NCBI GenBank assembly: GCA_047617785.1
Contig: JBLGBK010000003.1
Span: forward strand, 15,663 to 79,662
Direction: 5' to 3'
Length of the DNA stretch: 64,000 nucleotides
DNA from: Colwellia polaris
Lineage (GTDB): Archaea; Nanohalarchaeota; Nanosalinia; Nanosalinales; Nanosalinaceae
Part shown: piece after piece, positions 34,948-44,176 of the stretch
Layout: each line of letters begins with the position of its first letter
How positions within the stretch are numbered: position 1 is the first letter of the stretch
Notes under the pieces: generated by a model
Told to the model about the DNA's origin: nothing
Databases searched by the model: none
The model's input: only the letters and a program-made list of their open reading frames with translations
Position numbers and translations under genes: made by a program

Positions 34948-36624
34948 ATGCCAGGATTCGGAAACAACCCGGTTTTCATCATGTCTGAAGATGCCGAGAG
35001 GCAGCATGGTGAAGACGCACAGCAAGAAAATATCGAAGCATGCAAAACCGTAGGAAACTCAGTAAGAACTACTCTAGGTCCAAAAGGAATGGATAAAATG
35101 ATGGTCGACGGAGTAGGAGACCTAGTAGTCACCAACGACGGTGTAACAATACTAGAAGAAATGGATATTCAGCATCCAGCAGCCAAAATGATGGTAGAAG
35201 TCGCACAGACCCAGGAAGAAGAAGTCGGCGATGGAACCACCACTGCAGTAGTTCTCGCAGGGGAACTGCTCAAACAGGCAGAAGATCTGCTGGATCAGGA
35301 AATCCATCCAACAATAATCACACAGGGATACCGACTCGCGCGAGAAAAAAGCATCCAGGTGCTTGAAGACATCTCAGAAGAAGTAGATATCAACGATACT
35401 GAAACACTGGAGAAAGTAGCCAAGACAGCAATGACAGGCAAGTCAGCAGAAAGTTCACGCGACTACCTCTCAGAAATCACAGTCAGCGCTATCAAACAGG
35501 TAGCAGAAGAGAAAAATGATAGCATCCTAATTGACAGAGACCAAATCAAGGTTGAAAAACAACAGGGAGGTACAATCGACGATACAGAACTTGTAGAAGG
35601 AGTAATTCTCGATAAGGAGAAAGTGCATAGTGGGATGCCTAACACAGTTGAAGACAGCAATATAGCGCTTCTCAACACTGCAATCGAGGTCAAGGAGACA
35701 GAAACAGATGCAGAAATCAATATCTCCGATCCAAGCCAGATGAAAAACTTCGTAGAACAGGAAGAAGAACAATTGAAGGAAATGGTTGAAAAACTGGATG
35801 ATGCAGGAGTAAACGTAGTATTCTGCAAGAAAGGAATCGATGACATCGCCCAGCACTACCTCGCCAAAAGAGGGATCCTCGCATTCAGAAGAGTCAGCAG
35901 CGGCGATCTAGAAAAGCTAAGCAAGGCAACAGGGGCAAATATCCTCACAAGCTTAGAAGATATCCAGGACTCCGATCTAGGAACAGCAGGAACAATTGAA
36001 CACCGAATCGTCGGAGGAGACTCCATGACATTCGTCTACGACTGTCCAGAAGCCAAATCCGTCTCCATCCTCATCAGAGGAGGAACAGAACACGTAATTG
36101 ATGAAATTGAAAGGGCAGTAGAAGACGCAATCGGCGGAGTAAGCTCAGCTCTACAACACGGAAGAGTAGTCGGTGGAGGAGGAGCAACAGAAGTAGAACT
36201 AGCACGAGAACTTCGAGACTACGCAGACAGCGTAGGTGGAAGAGAACAGCTAGCAATCAACGCATTCGCGGACGCAATGGAAGTCATCCCACGAACACTC
36301 GCAGAAAATGCAGGTCACGACCCAATCGATACACTCGTCGACCTCAGAAACAAACATGAGAAAGGAGAAGTATGGGCAGGAATCAACGTAACAACAGGAG
36401 AAAGCGATGCCCTATTCGATCAAGGAGTAGTAGAACCACGACAGACCAAGACACAGGCAGTACAATCCGCCAGCGAAGCAGCAGAAATGATTCTCAGAAT
36501 CGACGACGTAATCTCTGCATCAGGATTTGACAGCGATGGTGGAGATTCAGGAGGACCTCCAGCTGGCGGCCCAGGCGGCGGAATGCCTGGTGGCGGCATG
36601 GGAGGAATGGGCGGCATGATGTAA
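34948..36624 (+). CDS. ths: thermosome (group II chaperonin) subunit
   Basis: [22 protein letters not shown], and a C-terminal [10 protein letters not shown] tail. Confidence 0.95.
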   Translation: MPGFGNNPVFIMSEDAERQHGEDAQQENIEACKTVGNSVRTTLGPKGMDKMMVDGVGDLVVTNDGVTILEEMDIQHPAAKMMVEVAQTQEEEVGDGTTTAVVLAGELLKQAEDLLDQEIHPTIITQGYRLAREKSIQVLEDISEEVDINDTETLEKVAKTAMTGKSAESSRDYLSEITVSAIKQVAEEKNDSILIDRDQIKVEKQQGGTIDDTELVEGVILDKEKVHSGMPNTVEDSNIALLNTAIEVKETETDAEINISDPSQMKNFVEQEEEQLKEMVEKLDDAGVNVVFCKKGIDDIAQHYLAKRGILAFRRVSSGDLEKLSKATGANILTSLEDIQDSDLGTAGTIEHRIVGGDSMTFVYDCPEAKSVSILIRGGTEHVIDEIERAVEDAIGGVSSALQHGRVVGGGGATEVELARELRDYADSVGGREQLAINAFADAMEVIPRTLAENAGHDPIDTLVDLRNKHEKGEVWAGINVTTGESDALFDQGVVEPRQTKTQAVQSASEAAEMILRIDDVISASGFDSDGGDSGGPPAGGPGGGMPGGGMGGMGGMM

Positions 36625-36739
36625 AAACCGTCTCAACACCCTATATCTTTCTTCTATCTATATTTTTCTTTCATCTATTCTCCATTGGTTATAAATACAG
36701 GCTCCGGGAATATTGGAATACAAGAGGTTTTCTAAAAAC

Positions 36740-37507
36740 ATGTCAGACCGATCAGATAACGAGGTTGAAATAAACCACGGTAACGGCGATGATTACGAAG
36801 TTGTCCCTGTAGGACCAATCAAGAAACTGGAAAGAAGAATTGACGAGATGGAGCAACAAAACCAACAGGGAGGCGGTGCTGCCGGAGATCGTATGGTCAG
36901 CGATATGATGGAAATAATGAAAACTAACCAGAAGATCGTCAACGACATGACTGAGTCAACACACGAACTGAAGAACTCGGTAGAAGATCTCACACACAAA
37001 ATGGATGAAGTAGTAGATAACATGAACAGCTTCATGGATCTTCTTACAGAGGCTTCTGAAGTAGATATGGAAGGAGAAGTCATGGGAGACATGGAAAGCC
37101 GAATCTCCAAAGCAATCGGCGACGAAATGCAAGACGTAGCTGAGGATATTAAACAGTCTAATCAAAAAGTCGTTGAGAATTTAGACAATATTAATGAGAG
37201 TTTGAGAAGAGCTTATGCTTCTCAGGATAGTCAAGATTTCTCGCCTCAAAATAGTAGTAACTCTAGCCCGTCGGGTTCTCCACAGAACCGGCAAAAATCT
37301 GCTAGCTCTTCATCGACTAATTCGGTTAATAGAGCTTCTCAAAGTTCGGGAAGTTCCCATCAGCGAAGTAGCAGCTCATCTATTCAGTCAACGTCAGGCA
37401 GTTCTACTCAGAGTCAAGGTTCGGGGAATGGTAACAGTGATTTAGGCAGTATAGGTAATGATTCTGACCGTATGGAAAAGTTGAAGAAGAAGTTTTCTGA
37501 AGAATGA
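36740..37507 (+). CDS. hypothetical protein: coiled-coil N-half and Ser-rich low-complexity C-half, translationally coupled to the first pilin
   Basis: I prefer the ATG at 36740 (MSDRSDNE) over the track's TTG at 36713. ATAAATA lies at ~36691 and GAGGT 12 nt upstream of the ATG. The stop TGA overlaps the next gene's ATG (ATGA at 37504-37507). Confidence 0.5.
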   Translation: MSDRSDNEVEINHGNGDDYEVVPVGPIKKLERRIDEMEQQNQQGGGAAGDRMVSDMMEIMKTNQKIVNDMTESTHELKNSVEDLTHKMDEVVDNMNSFMDLLTEASEVDMEGEVMGDMESRISKAIGDEMQDVAEDIKQSNQKVVENLDNINESLRRAYASQDSQDFSPQNSSNSSPSGSPQNRQKSASSSSTNSVNRASQSSGSSHQRSSSSSIQSTSGSSTQSQGSGNGNSDLGSIGNDSDRMEKLKKKFSEE

Positions 37508-37998
37508 TGGATAGAAAAGGAGTTACTCCTGTAGTTGCAACAGTACTTTTGATATCTATAGGTATAGCAGCAGTAGGTACTGCCGGAGTTTTTCTCCAGG
37601 ATATTGGAGATACTCTTAGAGAGAATGCTAACGATAGGATAGCAGGTGAGAACCGGATAGAGAATTCTGATATCTCTATAGAATATGCTTTTGAAAATGC
37701 TGACGGAGATATAGCTCTTGATGTTAGAAATACAGGTTCTACTAATTTAGAAGTTAAAGAAGATGGTGACGACTTATGGAATATCTATATTGAGGGGCGT
37801 CCTCAAGGCTCGTGGGAACTATCTGATACTGCTCTTGATAATTCGGATGATGTCGATTTATCGCCTCAAGAACAGCTCAGAATAGATACAAATGAAGACT
37901 ATCCTTCTACGGGGAACTCTAAAAGGGTCCAGGTATCAGGAATTTATGAAACACAGTCATCAATAATTTGCTCCTATAATGACGATGGGAGCTGCTAG
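37504..37998 (+). CDS. archaeal type IV pilin (DUF1628/Pilin_N-type class III signal peptide)
   Basis: MMDRKG|VTPVVATVLLISIGIAAVGTAGVF. The C-terminus reads CSYNDDGSC. Confidence 0.75.
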   Translation: MMDRKGVTPVVATVLLISIGIAAVGTAGVFLQDIGDTLRENANDRIAGENRIENSDISIEYAFENADGDIALDVRNTGSTNLEVKEDGDDLWNIYIEGRPQGSWELSDTALDNSDDVDLSPQEQLRIDTNEDYPSTGNSKRVQVSGIYETQSSIICSYNDDGSC

Positions 37999-38058
37999 AG
38001 GCAGTAATGACTTAGTTATATAAACCGTTTAACACTATGAAATTTATAGAGAGATATT

Positions 38059-38589
38059 ATGTTTGATATGAAAAATAGAAAGGGTATTACGCCCGTAATC
38101 GCGATTGTCCTACTCCTTATGGTTACAGTAGGAGCGGTCGGAGTGGTTTACACACAGTTCCAGTCACTTGTAGGTGATCCTGCAGATGAAGTGGGTAATC
38201 AGCAGCAAGTGCAGAACACAGAACTGTCAATCCGACCTTATCTCAACGACGATGATGATACCATCAACATCACGGTAGAAAATACCGGTGACGAGTCATT
38301 TGTCCTTAACGAGACAATGAGAATTACCTACGCTCCAGATGGAGAAAACTCTGGATTCGAGTATGGTAGTGCAGACGGTATTGGAAATCTTGTTGCCGCT
38401 GGAGGAACAACGCCTCTATGTCACAACGATGACACCACTATGGATCCTGGAGATACCGTAGACTGTAATACCGGTATTCAATATCCGGAAGCAACTTCGT
38501 CCGTAGGAATCATCATCGAGTTTAGAGGAGAGGAAAAATCTTGGTCAGAAACCTGTGATCCAGAGAATTCTGACTCGCTGACTTGTTAA
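38059..38589 (+). CDS. archaeal type IV pilin (DUF1628/Pilin_N-type class III signal peptide)
   Basis: MFDMKNRKG|ITPVIAIVLLLMVTVGAVGVVY. Four Cys in the C-terminal half. Confidence 0.75.
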   Translation: MFDMKNRKGITPVIAIVLLLMVTVGAVGVVYTQFQSLVGDPADEVGNQQQVQNTELSIRPYLNDDDDTINITVENTGDESFVLNETMRITYAPDGENSGFEYGSADGIGNLVAAGGTTPLCHNDDTTMDPGDTVDCNTGIQYPEATSSVGIIIEFRGEEKSWSETCDPENSDSLTC

Positions 38590-38666
38590 AAAGTCGGATC
38601 TTATCTTTCCCCTTCGATTCTTTTTCCCCTTTATTTTATATTCGGTTAAGTGCCTACACTTACTGT

Positions 38667-39329
38667 ATGAAGGTAGGCCAGACTCAGGCTGTAACTGCAG
38701 TAATTATTACAGGGATAACTCTAAGCGCAGTATCTGCGACATATATATGGGGTACTCCTATACTGGAGAAAAGACAAAGTCAGCAGCAGTTGGTCCAGAC
38801 TGAAGACCAGGTCAGGTCTCTTTATCAATCAATTGATTCAATCAGTAATAGCGGTGAAGGTACTACAGAGACTTTAGAGTTTGATTTTTCAGAGGATGCA
38901 AATATTCGTTTAAACGAATCAGGCAATTATATTGAAGTTAGTACTTCTGCTAGTAGTTCTCCGTATGCTAAAGGTACGTGGTTCCTTTTGGAAGGTGAGA
39001 GGCTGCAAGGATTATCTATAGGCGAAGGGACTTACGCAAGACGAGGTCAAGATCAGCCAGGGGTTATAGCGTTAAGAGCTACTGGCGATAGCAATGTTCA
39101 GTTAAGTTATCGTGTTGAGTTCAGAAATATGTATACTGAAACTGCATCTGGAAATAGACTTGAACAAGTCGATCTGCAATCTGTACGAGGGGATACGGCT
39201 ACTGGAGATACCGAGGTAGTTATTTCCAATGAAGGAACTGAGATAGATAGTGGTTCAGAAGCAGTAGACACAGAAACCGGAGAGACTATAGATCGTGAAA
39301 GAACTGTTGTAACTGTAGAGTTCCGGTAA
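38667..39329 (+). CDS. prepilin-like protein (G|Q class III signal)
   Basis: MKVG|QTQAVTAVIITGITLSAVSATYIWG. The ATG at 38667 is preferred. TTATTTTATATT lies at 38631-38642, ~30 nt upstream. Confidence 0.55.
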   Translation: MKVGQTQAVTAVIITGITLSAVSATYIWGTPILEKRQSQQQLVQTEDQVRSLYQSIDSISNSGEGTTETLEFDFSEDANIRLNESGNYIEVSTSASSSPYAKGTWFLLEGERLQGLSIGEGTYARRGQDQPGVIALRATGDSNVQLSYRVEFRNMYTETASGNRLEQVDLQSVRGDTATGDTEVVISNEGTEIDSGSEAVDTETGETIDRERTVVTVEFR

Positions 39330-39350
39330 TATCTGAAGAGGTCGAGAATT

Positions 39351-39755
39351 TTGAAAGGACAGTATTTGGCCGTAGAATATATTTTTGTCATAGGTCTAAG
39401 TTTGATACTTGTTATAGCTTCGGTAGGTTTATTTAACGCCTATCGTGAGGAGGTTGTAGAGACCTCTATTGATGGTCAAACTGATATTGTTGCCTCCAAG
39501 ATGAGCGTTCAACTGTATAATTTGAAGCAGCATGAACAAGGTACTGTTGAGAAGACTATTCAGTTACCGGAATCTATGGGTGATAGAGACTATGAAATTA
39601 TTCTTGCTAATCCGTCGAACTTGATAATAGATATTCAAGGAGAAGAATACTCCTATGAATTTCCTTCACTTTCTGACTATGACTTCAGCGGTGATGCCGA
39701 AGGAGGAGACATAACTTTATACAAAAACAATAACCAGATAAGTATAGCAGGGTGA
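39351..39755 (+). CDS. prepilin-like protein (MKG|Q class III signal), TTG start
   Basis: (M)KG|QYLAVEYIFVIGLSLILVIASVGLF. The TTG start is supported by the MKGQ motif shared with the genes at 43349 and 45903, and by GAGGT 8 nt upstream. Confidence 0.55.
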   Translation: MKGQYLAVEYIFVIGLSLILVIASVGLFNAYREEVVETSIDGQTDIVASKMSVQLYNLKQHEQGTVEKTIQLPESMGDRDYEIILANPSNLIIDIQGEEYSYEFPSLSDYDFSGDAEGGDITLYKNNNQISIAG

Positions 39756-39761
39756 AAAAAT

Positions 39762-41459
39762 ATGAATATGCATGGACTAGTTGAACGTCTTAGAAGAGTA
39801 AGGCACCCAGAGTGGTATGAGGAAGAGGAAGAAGAGAATACACATCAAGAAGGGGTAAGTCTTCCTGCACCAGGTAAGTTTTCACCGGAAATGGTCGATG
39901 AGGGAGAAGCCTCAGCTGACTTAACAGATGTTGACACCACATATCCTCTAGTACCAGAAGATCCGGATAAAGGCGAAATAGTCTATGCTTGGGCTCATAT
40001 AAAATGGGATGAGGAAGCAGGAGAAGTTATATACCATATAATAGAACCTGAGCTTACAGAAGAGACTGAGAAAACTCTTGATAAGATAAGCCAAATTATG
40101 GAGAGAAGCTTCGATGTAACATTCAATGATATGGAGAGCCAAGAAGCAGAGGAATATCTCGAAGAGAAAATAGACATGATTGTTGATAAATATGATATCT
40201 CTATTGATGATGAGCAGCGAGAAGTAATCAGATACTACACTAAAAGAGACTTTGCGGGACTAGGCAAGCTACAACCGCTAATGAATGATACAGAAGTCGA
40301 AGATATATCTTGTGACGGGAGCGGCATACCGGTATATGCTTATCACCGAAATCCACGTTTTGGATCGGTTAAGACTAGTATAACCTGGGAGGATAAAGGT
40401 GAACTTGACGAGTTCGTCATGAAACTAGCACAGAGGTGTGGAAAGTCTGTCTCTGTTTCCAGTCCTTTACTTGATGGATCGCTGCCAGATGGTTCTCGTG
40501 TGCAGGCAACGTTAGCGACTGATATTGCCCGCAAAGGATCTAACTTCACCGTTCGACGGTTTACAGAGGATCCATTAACACCTATCCATATGATGGATTA
40601 TGAAACTGAAAATGCCCAGATGCTTAGCTATCTTTGGACGCTTGTAGAACATGGAAAGTCTATACTTGTATGTGGAACTACCGGAGCAGGTAAAACTTCG
40701 CAGTTGAACTCTCTAAGTCTGTTTATCAAACCTGAAAAAAAGATTGTATCTATTGAGGATACTCCTGAGTTACGGCTTCCTCACGATCACTGGGTGCCTG
40801 AAGTCGCCCGTTCAGGATTCGGATCCTCAGCTGAAGAAGGCGGAGAGGTATCAATGGATGACCTGCTTAAGGAATCTTTACGTCAGCGACCTGAATATAT
40901 TATCGTCGGAGAGGTTCGAGGAGAAGAAGCATACATACTTTTCCAGCAGATGGCAACAGGACACACAGGACTGTCTACGATCCACGCAGATTCACTTGAC
41001 ATGCTTATGGACAGGCTTACAACCGATCCGATCGACCTTTCTCCATCATTGATTGAGACATTGGATATGGTTATGCTGATTAAACGTATCCGGCGTGGAG
41101 GAAGCTACATCCGACGTATTACAGGACTTCATGAGATCCGAGGCTATGATGAGCGTACAGGTATTGATGAGAATCAGGTATTTGGATGGGATCCGGGAGA
41201 GGATGAGTATATTGTGAAGAATAACTCTCTGATTCTAAAGGATATTGCTGATCAGAGCGGTATGGATTACACCGATCTCCAGGATGAACTCCGTAATCGC
41301 CAGCATGTCTTGAGTTGGATGCAAGAGGAGCAACACAAACATTACCGAAAAGTTGGTGACATTATTTCACGTTATTATTCTAATCCTGAATCAATTCTGG
41401 AGAGAGTTGGGCAAACATTTAATTCAAATAAAGACGAATTAGAAGTCAAGGATGCTTAG
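39762..41459 (+). CDS. type II/IV secretion ATPase (VirB11/GspE family; archaeal PilB/FlaI-like)
   Basis: CGTTGAGKTS (Walker A), YIIVGEVRGEEA, GHTGLSTIHA. Confidence 0.9.
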   Translation: MNMHGLVERLRRVRHPEWYEEEEEENTHQEGVSLPAPGKFSPEMVDEGEASADLTDVDTTYPLVPEDPDKGEIVYAWAHIKWDEEAGEVIYHIIEPELTEETEKTLDKISQIMERSFDVTFNDMESQEAEEYLEEKIDMIVDKYDISIDDEQREVIRYYTKRDFAGLGKLQPLMNDTEVEDISCDGSGIPVYAYHRNPRFGSVKTSITWEDKGELDEFVMKLAQRCGKSVSVSSPLLDGSLPDGSRVQATLATDIARKGSNFTVRRFTEDPLTPIHMMDYETENAQMLSYLWTLVEHGKSILVCGTTGAGKTSQLNSLSLFIKPEKKIVSIEDTPELRLPHDHWVPEVARSGFGSSAEEGGEVSMDDLLKESLRQRPEYIIVGEVRGEEAYILFQQMATGHTGLSTIHADSLDMLMDRLTTDPIDLSPSLIETLDMVMLIKRIRRGGSYIRRITGLHEIRGYDERTGIDENQVFGWDPGEDEYIVKNNSLILKDIADQSGMDYTDLQDELRNRQHVLSWMQEEQHKHYRKVGDIISRYYSNPESILERVGQTFNSNKDELEVKDA

Positions 41460-42324
41460 AAAGTACGCCAACTTATGCTATAATTTAGTAGGCAGCTTTG
41501 TGCTTCCATATGTGGATCTTTTTGAGGGTTTAAGACCTCAAATATCGAAAGCAGATATAGAGGTATCGCTGCCAGAGTATGTAAGCTTGATGTTTGCTAC
41601 TTCCGGATTTGTATCTTTGTTTATATTTTTAGTTGTTGGCACCCTGCTTCTGTTGTCTCAAGGTATTTCTGGCATAATATTAGCCTTAACACTTTCTATA
41701 GTATCTGGCGCGGCGACAATTATAGGTTTCTACATCTATCCTTCTTTGATAAAGTCAAGTAGAGCTTCTGAGATCCGAGACACTCTGCCTTTTGCTACTA
41801 TGTATCTCTCTACCTTGGCCGGTACTGGTACTTCTTTACCGGAGATTTTCTCAAATCTTGCAGAGGTAGAGGAGTACGGAGAAGTTGCACGGGAGGCTGA
41901 GAAGATTGATAGAGATATTAAGACATTTGGTATGGATGCAAGTAAAGCAATTCAAAGAGCAGCTGAGAGAACCCCTAGTGAAGATTTTCGAGAGCTTATG
42001 TGGGGTCTTAACCATGTTTTGACGACAGGAGGAACTCTTAGAGACTTTCTACAGGAACGTGCAAGCCGTTTAATGGATGATTATGAAAGAAGAGTGGAAG
42101 AATTTGCAGATTCACTATCTTTATTGGTGGAAATGTATATTACTGTTGTAATTGTAGGTTCAATTGTATTTACATCAATGTCCGCAGTTATGACAACTTT
42201 TACAGATCTTTCTCCTAGTGTAATTGTAACAATACAGATGCTTCTTATCTTCTTTGGGCTGCCATTAATTTCAGGCATGTTCATACTTCTTGTACAAGGT
42301 CTATCGCCGGGTGGAGTACAATGA
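41452..42324 (+). CDS. T2SSF-domain platform protein, first half (TadC/PilC/FlaJ-like)
   Basis: 290 aa. TM pair, cytoplasmic helical domain (DTLPFATMYLSTLAGTG...), then TMs. Overlaps the ATPase stop. Confidence 0.75.
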   Translation: MLRKYANLCYNLVGSFVLPYVDLFEGLRPQISKADIEVSLPEYVSLMFATSGFVSLFIFLVVGTLLLLSQGISGIILALTLSIVSGAATIIGFYIYPSLIKSSRASEIRDTLPFATMYLSTLAGTGTSLPEIFSNLAEVEEYGEVAREAEKIDRDIKTFGMDASKAIQRAAERTPSEDFRELMWGLNHVLTTGGTLRDFLQERASRLMDDYERRVEEFADSLSLLVEMYITVVIVGSIVFTSMSAVMTTFTDLSPSVIVTIQMLLIFFGLPLISGMFILLVQGLSPGGVQ

Positions 42325-43349
42325 TTGACTTTTTCCAAGACGAGAAACTGGAGGCAGGATGGTCTATTGAGGATAAAATCCTCTTTATATCAATTTCATT
42401 AGGTATTGTTCTTGTAGGATCAGGTCTCTTAACCTATGCTGCTTTAGGGCCGCAGCTAGGTGGTGCGATACTCATCTTTGGTTTAATAATGTCGGTCTTA
42501 CCTTACTCTGGCTACTCGTTCTTGAAAAATAGGGCAATTAGGGAAATAGAAAACCAGTTCCCTTCATTTTTGAACGACCTTGCTGAATCTAAGAGAGGAG
42601 GTATGACTCTATTAAGAGCTCTCGAGTCAGCAAGAGAGTCTGACTATGGAAGACTGAATAACGAGATAGAGAAAGTTCATAACCAAATGACCTGGGGCGT
42701 GCCGTTTCCTGAAGTAATGGAAAGATTTTCCAGGAGAATGAGCGCTTCCTCAGTTGTTCAGCAATCTTTGTCTATCATTATTCAGAGCTTTCAGAGCGGA
42801 GGAAACATAACTGCTACTATTGAATCGGTCGCAGAGGATGCAGATCAACTTAGAGAAGTTATTCAAGAGAAAGATGCTCAGCTTAAACAACAGCTCGTTA
42901 TCATGTATGTTATTTTCTTCCTGTTCATAGGAATAACAGTAGGAATATATTTCCTGCTTGGACAGCTGTTAGGTCTAGGTTCTCCAGATGCAGGAGCACT
43001 CTCTGGAATAGGAGAGGTAATAGGTAGCGGCGGAAACACTGATGTAAACTTCTGTAATGGCAACATACAAACAGCTACTCCGTTCTGCCAAACTGCTAGA
43101 ATATTCGGTTTTGTACCTTCTGATATAGCACTTACGTCTCAACAAGCAGAAGACAGAAGTTATGGTAATATGGCCTACTATAAATCACTTCTTTTCCTTA
43201 TGCTAATAGTTCAAGGTATGTGTACTGCTGCAGTAGCAGGTCAGATAAAGGAAGGAAGCCCTAGCGGAGGGGTAAAGCATGCTCTAATAATGCTTCCTTT
43301 AGCACTTGTTGTATATATGGTAGTGGTAGCTCCTGCAGGTGTAAGCTGA
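42321..43349 (+). CDS. T2SSF-domain platform protein, second half (TadC/PilC/FlaJ-like)
   Basis: 342 aa with the same architecture (QFPSFLNDLAESKRGGMTLLRALE...). ATGA overlap with the previous gene. Confidence 0.75.
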   Translation: MIDFFQDEKLEAGWSIEDKILFISISLGIVLVGSGLLTYAALGPQLGGAILIFGLIMSVLPYSGYSFLKNRAIREIENQFPSFLNDLAESKRGGMTLLRALESARESDYGRLNNEIEKVHNQMTWGVPFPEVMERFSRRMSASSVVQQSLSIIIQSFQSGGNITATIESVAEDADQLREVIQEKDAQLKQQLVIMYVIFFLFIGITVGIYFLLGQLLGLGSPDAGALSGIGEVIGSGGNTDVNFCNGNIQTATPFCQTARIFGFVPSDIALTSQQAEDRSYGNMAYYKSLLFLMLIVQGMCTAAVAGQIKEGSPSGGVKHALIMLPLALVVYMVVVAPAGVS

Positions 43350-44176
43350 TGATGAAAGGTCAATCGACCATAGAGTTTCTTGGAACTTCAATGATGTTCA
43401 TAGCGCTTTTAGGTACTATCATAATGGTTGCCTCCGATAGCTTACCCCGATTTGATTCCGAGGTAGAAGAAGCATCATTAAATATGGAATTACAAACTCT
43501 TACGACAAAAATGCTGACACAGCCAGGTGAAACTACAGGAGGATCATCTGATTGGGAGCGTAATCCTGACTTAATCGAAACCTTTGGATTGGCAGATAAG
43601 AGCGGGGAGGTTGAACGATCAAAGATACAGGCACTGGACGATAGCAGTAATTCGCCTTCGACTTTGAATTACACTGAATTTAGGTCTACGGAGAATATAG
43701 AGAATGAGTACAGAATGGTATTTACATGGTATCCTATTGTAGAATCGTCTAAAACATTTACTAGAACAAATTCTCCCTCTAAAATTCAGGAGCCTACAAC
43801 CTCTGAATACACTGACGACGGTAATACTGTCCACTATGGGTCAGCCATGATTAATGGGCAAGATATGAAATTTCTTGTAACTTCACACGATAATGTCTAC
43901 GATACAGTGTATATATCTCCAGAGTGGAATTTCCTAAACGCAGAACCTAGAGTTGAAGGCGAGGTAGTTGATATTCAGGGTCAAAACTTTACCGTTTCCG
44001 AATTCCAGAACAGAGATGAAAATCCGGGTAATTTAGTAATATTCTCCAAAAATTTGAACGACTTTGGTGCAATCCAAGGGCAGGCCAGCACCGTCATAAA
44101 ACTCAATAGATATGCCATCTTGAAGGATGTAGGCTCAGATGATTTCCCTCTTAAGATAGAGGTGTTAGCATGGTAA
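43349..44176 (+). CDS. prepilin-like protein (MKG|Q class III signal)
   Basis: MMKG|QSTIEFLGTSMMFIALLGTIIMVA, with Glu at +5 if cleaved after Gly. Confidence 0.55.
   Translation: MMKGQSTIEFLGTSMMFIALLGTIIMVASDSLPRFDSEVEEASLNMELQTLTTKMLTQPGETTGGSSDWERNPDLIETFGLADKSGEVERSKIQALDDSSNSPSTLNYTEFRSTENIENEYRMVFTWYPIVESSKTFTRTNSPSKIQEPTTSEYTDDGNTVHYGSAMINGQDMKFLVTSHDNVYDTVYISPEWNFLNAEPRVEGEVVDIQGQNFTVSEFQNRDENPGNLVIFSKNLNDFGAIQGQASTVIKLNRYAILKDVGSDDFPLKIEVLAW

Noticed and set aside
36420-36617. Pro-rich antisense ORF ([18 protein letters not shown]...) opposite the thermosome 3' end.
   Set aside because: It is the reverse-complement reading of the GGM-repeat tail of the chaperonin, so it is a compositional artefact.
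41452-43349. Treating the two T2SSF genes as a frameshifted pseudogene.
   Set aside because: Each half has its own ATG and a complete TM-helical-TM module, and the junction is the same ATGA overlap used elsewhere in the operon. An assembly error cannot be excluded without reads.
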